Virus record (IMG/VR): IMGVR_UViG_3300008259_003073
Origin: a virus
Taxonomy: Duplodnaviria > Caudoviricetes
Reading direction: 5' to 3' (one strand)
DNA: 64,000 nucleotides
Part shown: positions 20,037 to 28,722 of the stretch, one piece after another
Position numbering within the stretch: position 1 is the first letter of the stretch
Layout: the number at the start of each line of letters is the position of its first letter
The notes under the pieces: generated by a model
What the model saw: only the letters and a program-made list of their open reading frames with translations
The model's database searches: none
Told to the model about the DNA's origin: nothing
Program-made: the position numbers and the translations under genes

Positions 20037-20746
20037 TCCTCGTGTGAGTAGAATGATACTATATTATATTTAATATCATTCTTTACTTTTTCAACTTCAT
20101 GGAATAAATTTTTATCAGAATCTAATACTACAAAATTAGGAAAAATTGGATTTACTTTAATATCATTTCCATTTAAATCATGTAATATCAAATGCCCACC
20201 GTTTGATTCACCCCATTCATTATTTAAAAAATACAAAAATACACATATTCTGTTGTTAGGTTGTCCATCATCGTGTAATTTTATTTCGCAACCTTCATTG
20301 TAAAATTGCAGTTTTGTATTTTCAGTAAATCTACCAAACGATTTTTCAGGATAGTATTTTTTTACAAAGTTTTTTTGAAAATTTCTTAATACTTCATTGT
20401 TTATTTTTCCATTTATTTCTGAATTCATAGAGGTACCAAATACCCAAGTTGGATAAAATCCACATTCTTCAATTTTTTTCAATTGATATTGATGTGCTTT
20501 ATTATAAACATAATCGGCAGTATTTAAATCTTTATCATTTTTTAAATACCCATCATACACCAATTCTTCCATATATGATTGGTCGTTGTATTTAAACCAA
20601 TAATCATATCTAGAATGTCTTACAAAATTTGTATTATCTATATAATCTTTTATTTGTTTAAACCCATCTAAATCGATTAGTTCGGAATAATCTTCCAACT
20701 TACCGTAAATGTATCCACTATTTCTGTAATTTTCTATACTTTCCAT
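20033..20746 (-). CDS. 2OG-Fe(II) oxygenase
   Basis: KLHDDG (HxD), FLYFLNNEW..NGGHL, LFHEVEKV. Confidence 0.85.
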   Translation of the reverse strand: MESIENYRNSGYIYGKLEDYSELIDLDGFKQIKDYIDNTNFVRHSRYDYWFKYNDQSYMEELVYDGYLKNDKDLNTADYVYNKAHQYQLKKIEECGFYPTWVFGTSMNSEINGKINNEVLRNFQKNFVKKYYPEKSFGRFTENTKLQFYNEGCEIKLHDDGQPNNRICVFLYFLNNEWGESNGGHLILHDLNGNDIKVNPIFPNFVVLDSDKNLFHEVEKVKNDIKYNIVSFYSHED

Positions 20747-23700
20747 TAGAAATTAATTTTACTATATCCATTTTCTTTTTTAATTTCAATCAATCCATCT
20801 ACTATATCTCTCATTTGTTCTAAATGGGAAATTATCCATATAAAATCAAATTGAGTTTTAAGATATTGCATCATCATAAATAGTGATGATAAATTATCTG
20901 AATCCAATGTGCCAAATCCTTCATCGATTACCAAAAAATTTGGACGAGGTAAGTTACACACATTGATAAGAGCAACTCTAATTGCCAATCCACTAACAAA
21001 TTTTTCCATACCACTACACATCTCCAATGGCCATTCTTGGTCATCATAAACAATTTTGGCATTGATTGATTTTCCATCCATCTCCATCGTAACTCCAAAA
21101 TCAACTACTTGTGCCAAAATATTATTTACCTCATTCTCAATTACAGGTAATGCTTTTGAAATTAACTCATATGGGATTCCATCTCTCTTTACTGAATCCA
21201 AATAATAGGTATACAGGCGGTTCTTTTCTTCCAATGCCTTAACATCATTCATCTTCTGTTTTATGTCCTCTATAAACGAAGATATGGATGTAATAGAACC
21301 ATTTAAATTTGTTATATCTTTATTTAATTTACTAATATCATTTGCAATAGTATTTTTTGCTTTATTTAATTCAGAAATTTCACTTTCTATTTCTTTATTT
21401 CTAGAAATAGTATCTTCATTTTCATAATACTTATCTATATTTTCATCAATTGTATCTAATTGATTTTGTAATAATTGTTCTTTAGTTTTTAAAGCACTTA
21501 ATTCTATTTGTGTTTTTTCTAAAATAATTTTACTTCTAGAGTATTTGTTTTTTAGTTCATTCCACTCATTATATTGCTCTTCAACTCCATTTAAGGAATC
21601 TAAAACACAATTGATTGCAGCAACTTCATTAAAAGTATGCTCTACTGATATTTGCAATCCTTCTAAATCTGATTTTGCTTTTACTGCATCTTTCACAAAT
21701 TCATTATCACAACAGAATTTACAATTAGGGTCATATTGGTGATTATTTAAATGTCCAATCTTTTCTTCAGCTACTTCTAATTGTTGTTTTGCTTTTTGGT
21801 ATACTTTTTCTGCTTCAACTAAATCTTTGGATTGTTTTACAAAATCGTTATGAGCAATTTCTATATCAACTTCATTGTCATCTATTGTGAATTTACATTT
21901 TTCAAATAGGGATTGTGAAACTTCGGTAAGTAAAATTTTATGTTGTTCAATTTTACTTTCTTTTAATTCATAATCAGTTTCTGCATCTTCAATCTGTTTC
22001 GATATAGAGTTTCTTTTTGATTCTAATAAAGATAAATCAAGATTAGAATCAATTGGAGTTAATTCTCTACTTAAATTTACAATTTTATCATTTAATTCAC
22101 TTACTTCCGTATTTTTATCACTTAATAATACTTCTAATCCCTTTAATTGTGATTTTTTTTCCAATAATTCCTTACCCTTTTCGGCAAGTTCTGTTGTAAA
22201 ATCTGTTTTCTTAAAGTTTTTAATCAATACGGAAACTTCTCTAATATCTTCAGTTGCAGTATCATATAGTTTATCAAAAATAGTTAAACCCATAAATTGT
22301 GCAAGAAGGTCTTTCCTTTCTGATTGTGATTTATCAATAAAAAGGGCATTATTACCTTGCAGTGATAGTGCAGTTAGTACAAAATCTTCATATTTTCCAA
22401 CATATTGTTCAATAATTTGGTTTGTATCTCTTCTTTCGGTTCCATTTAGTGATGTTTTAGTATCACCATCTTGTCTCCAAAATTGAACATCTACTTTTAC
22501 ATTTTTTCCTTTGTTAATCGTTTTAGCAGTTCTCTGAATACCATATTCTACCCCATCTATTTGAAAATATAGTGTACAATCAAAATCCGTTTTACGATTA
22601 TTTAAGATATTAGATGCTTTATATGCTCTACTACTCTTATCATATAAACAAAACGATACTGCATCAAATAAAGAAGATTTGCCCGCTGCATTTGGGGCAA
22701 ATAATCCAACTAATCCGTTTAATTTTGTAAAATCAATTTTGTTACTTTCTCCATAACTAAACATATTTGAAAACTCAAAACGAATTGGTTTCCATTGAAT
22801 GTTGCGTTGGATGTCATCTTGAACGATTCTACTATTTATATCTCTGTTAATCAATTCTAGCCCTTTTAAATCTTCAGGAACTACAAAAGGCATCATTCTC
22901 TCAATATACTCATTTATAAGTGAGTTTTGATAATTGATGTCTGAAATATCTTCAAAGTCTAATTTGTTTAATCTATCACCTGTTTTAGATTTAGAAAGGG
23001 AATCGGTTCTAATAATTGTAAAATCCTCAACACCATATCTCATTTTAATTTCAGCCATTACTCTTTTAGTATCAGCGGAATCGGTATTAGATAAACGAAC
23101 TCTCAAACGAGGTTTCTTTGGCATATCGGATACGATAGGAACTTTCCCATTATCAATATCCATAGTATAATACCCATAATCGTTTTGGATATCAACTGCT
23201 TCGTAAGTAAAAGTATCCAAATCCCAAACGAGGAACCCATGTTTATCTAGGGTTTCACCAAAGTTTTGTTGAATAAGAGAACCAGCATAGACAACCTTAC
23301 AACCTTTTGGAGAAATCATCTCTTGTCGTTTGTGAATATCACCTAATAAGGCTAAATCGTATCCATCAAACATATCAGTTGTAAAATGACGAGATGAAAC
23401 GGTGTATCCAATATCTGTTTGAGAATTATCAACTGGCCCGTGAAATAAAGCAATCTTTTTGTTTCCAAATATAGTATTTGCTTTTGGCCAATTTGCTTTA
23501 TTATCAAAGATACTGAATACCGCAAAATCTATTCCACCAATACCATACACTTGAGTATCTTTGAGATATGTAAAGTTTGGTAAGTTTAAAGCATCTACAA
23601 TTGGAGTAAGAACATCCAATCTATCAGAGTTATTCATATTACAATCGTGATTACCTGTAATAAGGATTGTTTCACAATGTTTAGAACACTCCGTAAATAA

Positions 23701-23904
23701 CCAACTAATCTCCCTAACTAATTCAGGAGATAATTCTAATTTAGCATGAGCAATATCACCTGCTAAATAAATGATTGAATCATCCGTACCTCTTTTACGA
23801 ATCTCCTCAAACATCTTTTCAAAAACCTGTCTGTACTCATTGTGTCTTTTCACATTACGGATGTGTATATCTGCAATATGATAAATCTTTTTCAATCTAC
23901 TCAT
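20746..23904 (-). CDS. Fused Mre11/SbcD nuclease - Rad50/SbcC ATPase (gp47-gp46-like fusion)
   Basis: ADIH, GDIAH, GNHD, GDIH phosphoesterase motifs; APNAAGKSS Walker A, coiled coil with CKFC hook, CSGMEK signature, IDEGFGTLD Walker B/D-loop, ISH. Confidence 0.93.
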   Translation of the reverse strand: MSRLKKIYHIADIHIRNVKRHNEYRQVFEKMFEEIRKRGTDDSIIYLAGDIAHAKLELSPELVREISWLFTECSKHCETILITGNHDCNMNNSDRLDVLTPIVDALNLPNFTYLKDTQVYGIGGIDFAVFSIFDNKANWPKANTIFGNKKIALFHGPVDNSQTDIGYTVSSRHFTTDMFDGYDLALLGDIHKRQEMISPKGCKVVYAGSLIQQNFGETLDKHGFLVWDLDTFTYEAVDIQNDYGYYTMDIDNGKVPIVSDMPKKPRLRVRLSNTDSADTKRVMAEIKMRYGVEDFTIIRTDSLSKSKTGDRLNKLDFEDISDINYQNSLINEYIERMMPFVVPEDLKGLELINRDINSRIVQDDIQRNIQWKPIRFEFSNMFSYGESNKIDFTKLNGLVGLFAPNAAGKSSLFDAVSFCLYDKSSRAYKASNILNNRKTDFDCTLYFQIDGVEYGIQRTAKTINKGKNVKVDVQFWRQDGDTKTSLNGTERRDTNQIIEQYVGKYEDFVLTALSLQGNNALFIDKSQSERKDLLAQFMGLTIFDKLYDTATEDIREVSVLIKNFKKTDFTTELAEKGKELLEKKSQLKGLEVLLSDKNTEVSELNDKIVNLSRELTPIDSNLDLSLLESKRNSISKQIEDAETDYELKESKIEQHKILLTEVSQSLFEKCKFTIDDNEVDIEIAHNDFVKQSKDLVEAEKVYQKAKQQLEVAEEKIGHLNNHQYDPNCKFCCDNEFVKDAVKAKSDLEGLQISVEHTFNEVAAINCVLDSLNGVEEQYNEWNELKNKYSRSKIILEKTQIELSALKTKEQLLQNQLDTIDENIDKYYENEDTISRNKEIESEISELNKAKNTIANDISKLNKDITNLNGSITSISSFIEDIKQKMNDVKALEEKNRLYTYYLDSVKRDGIPYELISKALPVIENEVNNILAQVVDFGVTMEMDGKSINAKIVYDDQEWPLEMCSGMEKFVSGLAIRVALINVCNLPRPNFLVIDEGFGTLDSDNLSSLFMMMQYLKTQFDFIWIISHLEQMRDIVDGLIEIKKENGYSKINF

Positions 23905-24842
23905 AAACTATTTATTTTATTTAATAGTAATTCTTCCGAAGTAAACTCTTTAGTTTTATTTAGTTCTTCGTAGAATTTTTCATACCCCATATCAGCGGCA
24001 TCTTTATCTTTCAAATACATCATCTTAACTTGAATTCCATTCTTTCTAAAGTATTCCGCAGCTTTTAATGCTTCATTCATCGCATCGTTATCTAATGAAA
24101 TTACAATATCACTAACTCCACTCATAAAGATTTTCTCAACCAATTGTTTGGATGGAAACTTACCTAAAAGTGGAATTGCATTTCTTTTGATTGTGATTGC
24201 ATCAAATACACCCTCACATAGTATAATTGGTTCATTCCAATTAACCTGTGATTCTAAACAAATTATATTTTTACTGATTGGAGGGTTTTTGTATTTCATC
24301 TTCTCATCTGGATAATAAGAACGAGAAACAAAATAGTTTAGTAAACCATCCGAACTGTACGATGGTATAATTATTCTCCTACTATACAACCCATCTTTGC
24401 AATAACCAATGTTATATTTAACAATTTCCTTTATACCAATTCCTCTTTGAGAAAGATAGAACATAGCATGTTTATATTCTGGATTGAATCCAGTTGGTTC
24501 ATCTGCTAATGAAATAAATTCCTTTGGGAGTTGTATAAATACTCTAGTTTCAGCATCTTCTTGTTGAGGTGTCCAATTACTATCTCCGTAGATTTGTCTA
24601 ATTATGGATATAGTTTGTCTATCCACATCCAACTTACGAAGTAGAGATGTAAGTTTTTTACCACCACTATTACAATTCCAACAATGCCATTTCTGACTTT
24701 CTGTATTTACTTGCAATTTAGGTTTGTGGTGGTTACAGAAAGGGCAATAAAAGGCCAATTCATTACCTTTTAAATAATTGTATGTACCCAACACATTTGA
24801 TAGTGTGGATGTAACGAGATTTTTATCAGTTTGATTCAACAC
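23901..24842 (-). CDS. DNA primase (zinc finger + TOPRIM), GTG start
   Basis: CPFCNHH..WHCWNC, LCEGVFDA, ISLDNDA. Confidence 0.9.
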   Translation of the reverse strand: MLNQTDKNLVTSTLSNVLGTYNYLKGNELAFYCPFCNHHKPKLQVNTESQKWHCWNCNSGGKKLTSLLRKLDVDRQTISIIRQIYGDSNWTPQQEDAETRVFIQLPKEFISLADEPTGFNPEYKHAMFYLSQRGIGIKEIVKYNIGYCKDGLYSRRIIIPSYSSDGLLNYFVSRSYYPDEKMKYKNPPISKNIICLESQVNWNEPIILCEGVFDAITIKRNAIPLLGKFPSKQLVEKIFMSGVSDIVISLDNDAMNEALKAAEYFRKNGIQVKMMYLKDKDAADMGYEKFYEELNKTKEFTSEELLLNKINSL

Positions 24843-24846
24843 AAAT

Positions 24847-24877
24847 CAAAGATAGTATAAATATTTTAGATTTACAA
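24847..24877 (-). promoter_or_regulatory. Primary-sigma promoter with nested late motif
   Basis: TTG-N20-TATCTTTG (perfect TAnnTTTG); ATATTTATA at 24856-24864 inside the spacer. Confidence 0.75.
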
Positions 24878-24882
24878 GTCTT

Positions 24883-25287
24883 TTAAAACCAATCCTCTGG
24901 AATAATCTTATCAGAGTATTTGAATCCGTTTTTATCACACCAATCTCCATACGAAGTTTTAGAGCTTTTTGTGATTTTGTTTTTTGAATTAGAAAATACG
25001 AATCTTATATCCAGTTCTGGATTTTGAGATTTAACTAACAGATGCTTTTTCCTATCAGCTGCAACAAATCTACCTTTAGTTTCTACAAAAATACCATTAG
25101 GTAATTTGAAATCAGGATTATAAGTGTGGTTCGAAGCGGGTATGATGTAAGGAATCTTTTCAGATTCATATTTAACATCAATACCCCTCTCTTTGATTTG
25201 GCTTGAAATAGTTTCTTCAAGACCAGATTTGAATCCGTGTTTTCTAGCAACCCAACTTTTAGACTTCTTTGTAACTTTTTTAGCCAT
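24883..25287 (-). CDS. T7 gp3-like endonuclease I (Holliday junction resolvase)
   Basis: FKSGLEETI, YNPDFKLPNGIFVETKGRF..DRKKHLLVK..ELDIRFVF..KTSYGDWCDKNGF. Confidence 0.92.
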   Translation of the reverse strand: MAKKVTKKSKSWVARKHGFKSGLEETISSQIKERGIDVKYESEKIPYIIPASNHTYNPDFKLPNGIFVETKGRFVAADRKKHLLVKSQNPELDIRFVFSNSKNKITKSSKTSYGDWCDKNGFKYSDKIIPEDWF

Positions 25288-25293
25288 TAAAAA

Positions 25294-25503
25294 TTATCGT
25301 TTTACTGATTCCGAATACTTTGCAAAGTTCTTTTCACCACCTCTACCTGTTTTGAATTTTGTAGCAGTTAAAACTTGCTCATCTGCTTTTTTCAAATCAT
25401 TTGTAGAATATGGAGTGTTTGCAGCTTTTCCAGCTTCGAATGAAATCTTATCAACACCTAGTGATGTTTGTTGTGCTTTGTATAATTCTTCTAATGTTGC
25501 CAT
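25294..25503 (-). CDS. Hypothetical protein
   Basis: 69 aa, own late motif at 25521-25529. Confidence 0.7.
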   Translation of the reverse strand: MATLEELYKAQQTSLGVDKISFEAGKAANTPYSTNDLKKADEQVLTATKFKTGRGGEKNFAKYSESVKR

Positions 25504-25533
25504 TTGTTTTGTAGTTTAAGTATAAATATAAGA

Positions 25534-26706
25534 TTATGTGTCAAATCGTATAATAAAGTTAACCGGAATATCTCTTTCTGATTTAATTGGTTGAGGAAGT
25601 TTAGCTACTGCAACTAAATCACAATTATCATCATATAAACCAATTGTTGTAATGAATGGTGTTAAGAAAGAACCAGTTGAATCAATAGAACTACTTAAAT
25701 CGTAATGTTCAAATCCTGCAAAGTGAGTTGAAGAACTTACGGATGATGTATAACGATAATCCAAAGTATTTCCATTTTCTAATACAGATTTTTTACGAAT
25801 ATATTTAACAGGTTGTTTAGAGTATACTCTATGTGTGTTTCCAGAAGAGTCAACAAATGATTCGTATTCACCACCTTCCGTTACAACTGCGGATGGGTTT
25901 TGTGAAACATTGAATTCATCTTCATTAACAATTAGCAGATATTCATGCTCATAAATTGTTTTTGTAGATTTGAATGATACCTCCCAATTAGATATTAATA
26001 CATCATTAAGTGCACGAGTGATTACAATCAAACCTTGAGTATAAAATATATTACCAATTGAATTTGTTCCTGCTGCGCCTGATAAGAATGGTATATTATC
26101 TACTACCATTACACCACTTTCAATGTTAAAACTAACAATGTTCATATCATAATTCACACCATTATAAACTAAATTGAATGTTTCTGATTGAATATCAAAA
26201 TCACCAACTGCAGTTTGGAAAGAAGCAGTATATGGAGAAGAAGCCAAGTCTGTAAATATGATTTCATTATCTTGAATATCTACAGATACTATAGTAATAG
26301 TATCACCTGCCGAATCTATTAAATTTCCAAAGGTATCATCTATATATGTTTTACCATTATCCAATAAACTGATTGAACCTTTTTTGATTCCCTCACCAAC
26401 ATATATCTGTGGAATAGAAATTACTTTTGCAGACCCACTTAAAAATCTATCTCTACCTGAATCAGAGGTTTCGTATGTATTATTTTTGGAACCAAATCTC
26501 AAAAATGGATTATCTTCTAAACCATTATAAAATTGCGCTCTTAATTGTCCGTATATAGAGTTTTTAGGATACCCGTTTGATAATTCAGATGATGATATAT
26601 TGGCTTCTAAAAAAGTAATTTGATTGGAACCACTGGAAAAGTTCCATTCTTTGTAGGCTTTGAAAGGCCTAATACTAATATCCGATTTTGGTATTCGTTT
26701 TAACAT
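25534..26706 (-). CDS. Virion structural protein (tail/baseplate), paralog A
   Basis: C-terminal FITTIGLYDDNCDLVAVAKLPQPIK; late motif 26713-26721. Confidence 0.65.
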   Translation of the reverse strand: MLKRIPKSDISIRPFKAYKEWNFSSGSNQITFLEANISSSELSNGYPKNSIYGQLRAQFYNGLEDNPFLRFGSKNNTYETSDSGRDRFLSGSAKVISIPQIYVGEGIKKGSISLLDNGKTYIDDTFGNLIDSAGDTITIVSVDIQDNEIIFTDLASSPYTASFQTAVGDFDIQSETFNLVYNGVNYDMNIVSFNIESGVMVVDNIPFLSGAAGTNSIGNIFYTQGLIVITRALNDVLISNWEVSFKSTKTIYEHEYLLIVNEDEFNVSQNPSAVVTEGGEYESFVDSSGNTHRVYSKQPVKYIRKKSVLENGNTLDYRYTSSVSSSTHFAGFEHYDLSSSIDSTGSFLTPFITTIGLYDDNCDLVAVAKLPQPIKSERDIPVNFIIRFDT

Positions 26707-26729
26707 ATCACATATAAATATAAAGAAAT

Positions 26730-26755
26730 AAAAAACCCCATATTACTATGGGGTT
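26730..26755 (-). terminator. Rho-independent terminator
   Basis: AACCCCATA-GTAA-TATGGGGTT followed by T-run on minus strand. Confidence 0.85.
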
Positions 26756-26805
26756 GAAACTCCAACGAGTCGGTCCTACGAGTCTATCATAGGAGTGGTA
26801 ATTTA

Positions 26806-28041
26806 TTAGAAATCTAATTTTACTTTTATAGCTACCTCTTTATCAAATGATTTAGCAATTGGTTTAGAAGTTTTTGCTACTGCTAATAATTCGTTTGCGT
26901 CATTATACAAACCAACGGTTGTAATATATACATGCGGGTCTCTCTCAAACAAAGGTTGTACAAATGCACCTACTGAACCAGTTACGAATGTAGGATTGTT
27001 AGAGAAGTTAAATTCTCTATTGTTTGCTCTTACAAAGTAATGAGATGTAGAAACATTTTCAGTTCTACGAGCTTGGAAATCAGCTCCTTTCTTCAATGCA
27101 TCATATAATTTCAATGAACCAGATACTGAACCTGATTGATGATATAATGCGGTTGTTGAACCCGCTGCTGCTGATAATTCACCACCAACCGATGCAGAAA
27201 GTGCAGTTGGGTTTAATAAGATGATACCCATATCAGGATAGAATAAACCGTATCCTTGTTGTGTATATGTATCGGAATACTGTGCAATTGAAGCAGTTAA
27301 AGATGTTCCAATGTTTAATGCACCACTAACCATATTATAAACTCTACCCGCAGTTGTTACATTTTCACCAGTTCCACCTGAATCATCAATTAAGGTGATA
27401 TATCCAGCTGAACCTGATAGTGCAATTTGTATATTTCCTGGGTCTAATTTTTCTTTATATCTAGCTCTATTAATGTTAAGTACATAGAATGATGATAAAT
27501 CATGTCCTCCTGCAGTTGAACCAGTATAAACACTAAAATATGCATCAGCTGCATCTAACAATACATTCTTAAATTGGTTATAAACCGCAGTTGTTTGTAA
27601 ATTTGAATCATCATTTTGAGATAATGTAGGTGTTCCTTTTCCATCTACATCACCATACGCAATTGAGAATTGAACCTCTGCGGAAGTGGATGATGTTGCA
27701 AGATTGTATACATCCAAATAGTATTTACCACTTACAGAGTTCAACTGTGTCGATGATGTGAAAAAATTAGTTAATGAACCCTCATCACCACTCCATATTC
27801 CAGAAGTTACAATTTCTGTTCTGTTGGTTACCTTATCAATTGCTCCAAATTTCTTATATATACCATTTGTAATGGTGGTTATATCCGAACTAATCTGTTC
27901 ACCCTGACCTAAAAATTGGTTTACAATGCTAACTAATTCATTTGTATCGATAGGAGTACCTGCTACATTTGACTGTCCTGCCAAGTATTGAGCTATATTA
28001 CTTGCTAAAAGGGCTCCTCTATTGTCTCTAATTAATGCCAT
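26806..28041 (-). CDS. Virion structural protein (tail/baseplate), paralog B
   Basis: C-terminal YITTVGLYNDANELLAVAKTSKPIAK; shares internal motifs with 25534-26706. Confidence 0.65.
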   Translation of the reverse strand: MALIRDNRGALLASNIAQYLAGQSNVAGTPIDTNELVSIVNQFLGQGEQISSDITTITNGIYKKFGAIDKVTNRTEIVTSGIWSGDEGSLTNFFTSSTQLNSVSGKYYLDVYNLATSSTSAEVQFSIAYGDVDGKGTPTLSQNDDSNLQTTAVYNQFKNVLLDAADAYFSVYTGSTAGGHDLSSFYVLNINRARYKEKLDPGNIQIALSGSAGYITLIDDSGGTGENVTTAGRVYNMVSGALNIGTSLTASIAQYSDTYTQQGYGLFYPDMGIILLNPTALSASVGGELSAAAGSTTALYHQSGSVSGSLKLYDALKKGADFQARRTENVSTSHYFVRANNREFNFSNNPTFVTGSVGAFVQPLFERDPHVYITTVGLYNDANELLAVAKTSKPIAKSFDKEVAIKVKLDF

Positions 28042-28049
28042 AGTTTATT

Positions 28050-28673
28050 TTATTGAACGTAAGTTATCGTTACTGGTATTGTTTGTGAACCACCAGTTTC
28101 GTTACCATAAACTGTAATTGTAGTTTTGATAGTCGAAGTTAATGATGGGTTTGGAATAAATTTAAATGTCAATCCTTTTGCAATTGCCGCAGTTGCAGAT
28201 ACATCATCACCAATAAATACTGGTACTGAACCTACATCGGAAGTCACACCTTCACCTACAATATCACCTGCGTTTTTGTTAGAAAGAACAATAGTATATC
28301 CTAAACTTCTATTTCCAGCTGGGGATGTAGTTGGAGATAATGATACCTCACCACTTCTTTGATTAACCGAAATAGTTGGTATACCGAACTCTACAACAGG
28401 AATACGAGTTGTGTTTTTAGGTAATGTTACTAATTTGTATTTCATTACTTGAGTTTCATCAGGATTAGCTTCCAATACTGGCATACCCTTAATAGCTGCA
28501 TCATAATATGCAGAACCAAGTGGGTGTGCTGGTTCGTATAAAGTGTAATCAATCTCATCATCTGCTAACGCAAATTGAGTGATGTTTAATCCTTGACCTG
28601 ATGCTAATTTTTCTCTACCCTTTTTAGTAAGAATTGCATCGACAGTTAATTCGCTATTACTTAAATATCCCAT
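28050..28673 (-). CDS. Virion structural protein
   Basis: AILTKKGREKLA..ITQFALADDEIDY resembles N-terminus of tail-collar/fibre attachment domains; late motif 28696-28704. Confidence 0.6.
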   Translation of the reverse strand: MGYLSNSELTVDAILTKKGREKLASGQGLNITQFALADDEIDYTLYEPAHPLGSAYYDAAIKGMPVLEANPDETQVMKYKLVTLPKNTTRIPVVEFGIPTISVNQRSGEVSLSPTTSPAGNRSLGYTIVLSNKNAGDIVGEGVTSDVGSVPVFIGDDVSATAAIAKGLTFKFIPNPSLTSTIKTTITVYGNETGGSQTIPVTITYVQ

Positions 28674-28722
28674 AATATTTTATTATTCTTTTGTTTATAA
28701 ATATAATAATTTTTAAATTTCG

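Noticed and set aside
26761-26800. ACGAGTC repeated twice with an 8-bp hairpin upstream of the terminator
   Set aside because: Short, with only one further partial copy near 62950; most simply a 3'-UTR stabilising hairpin
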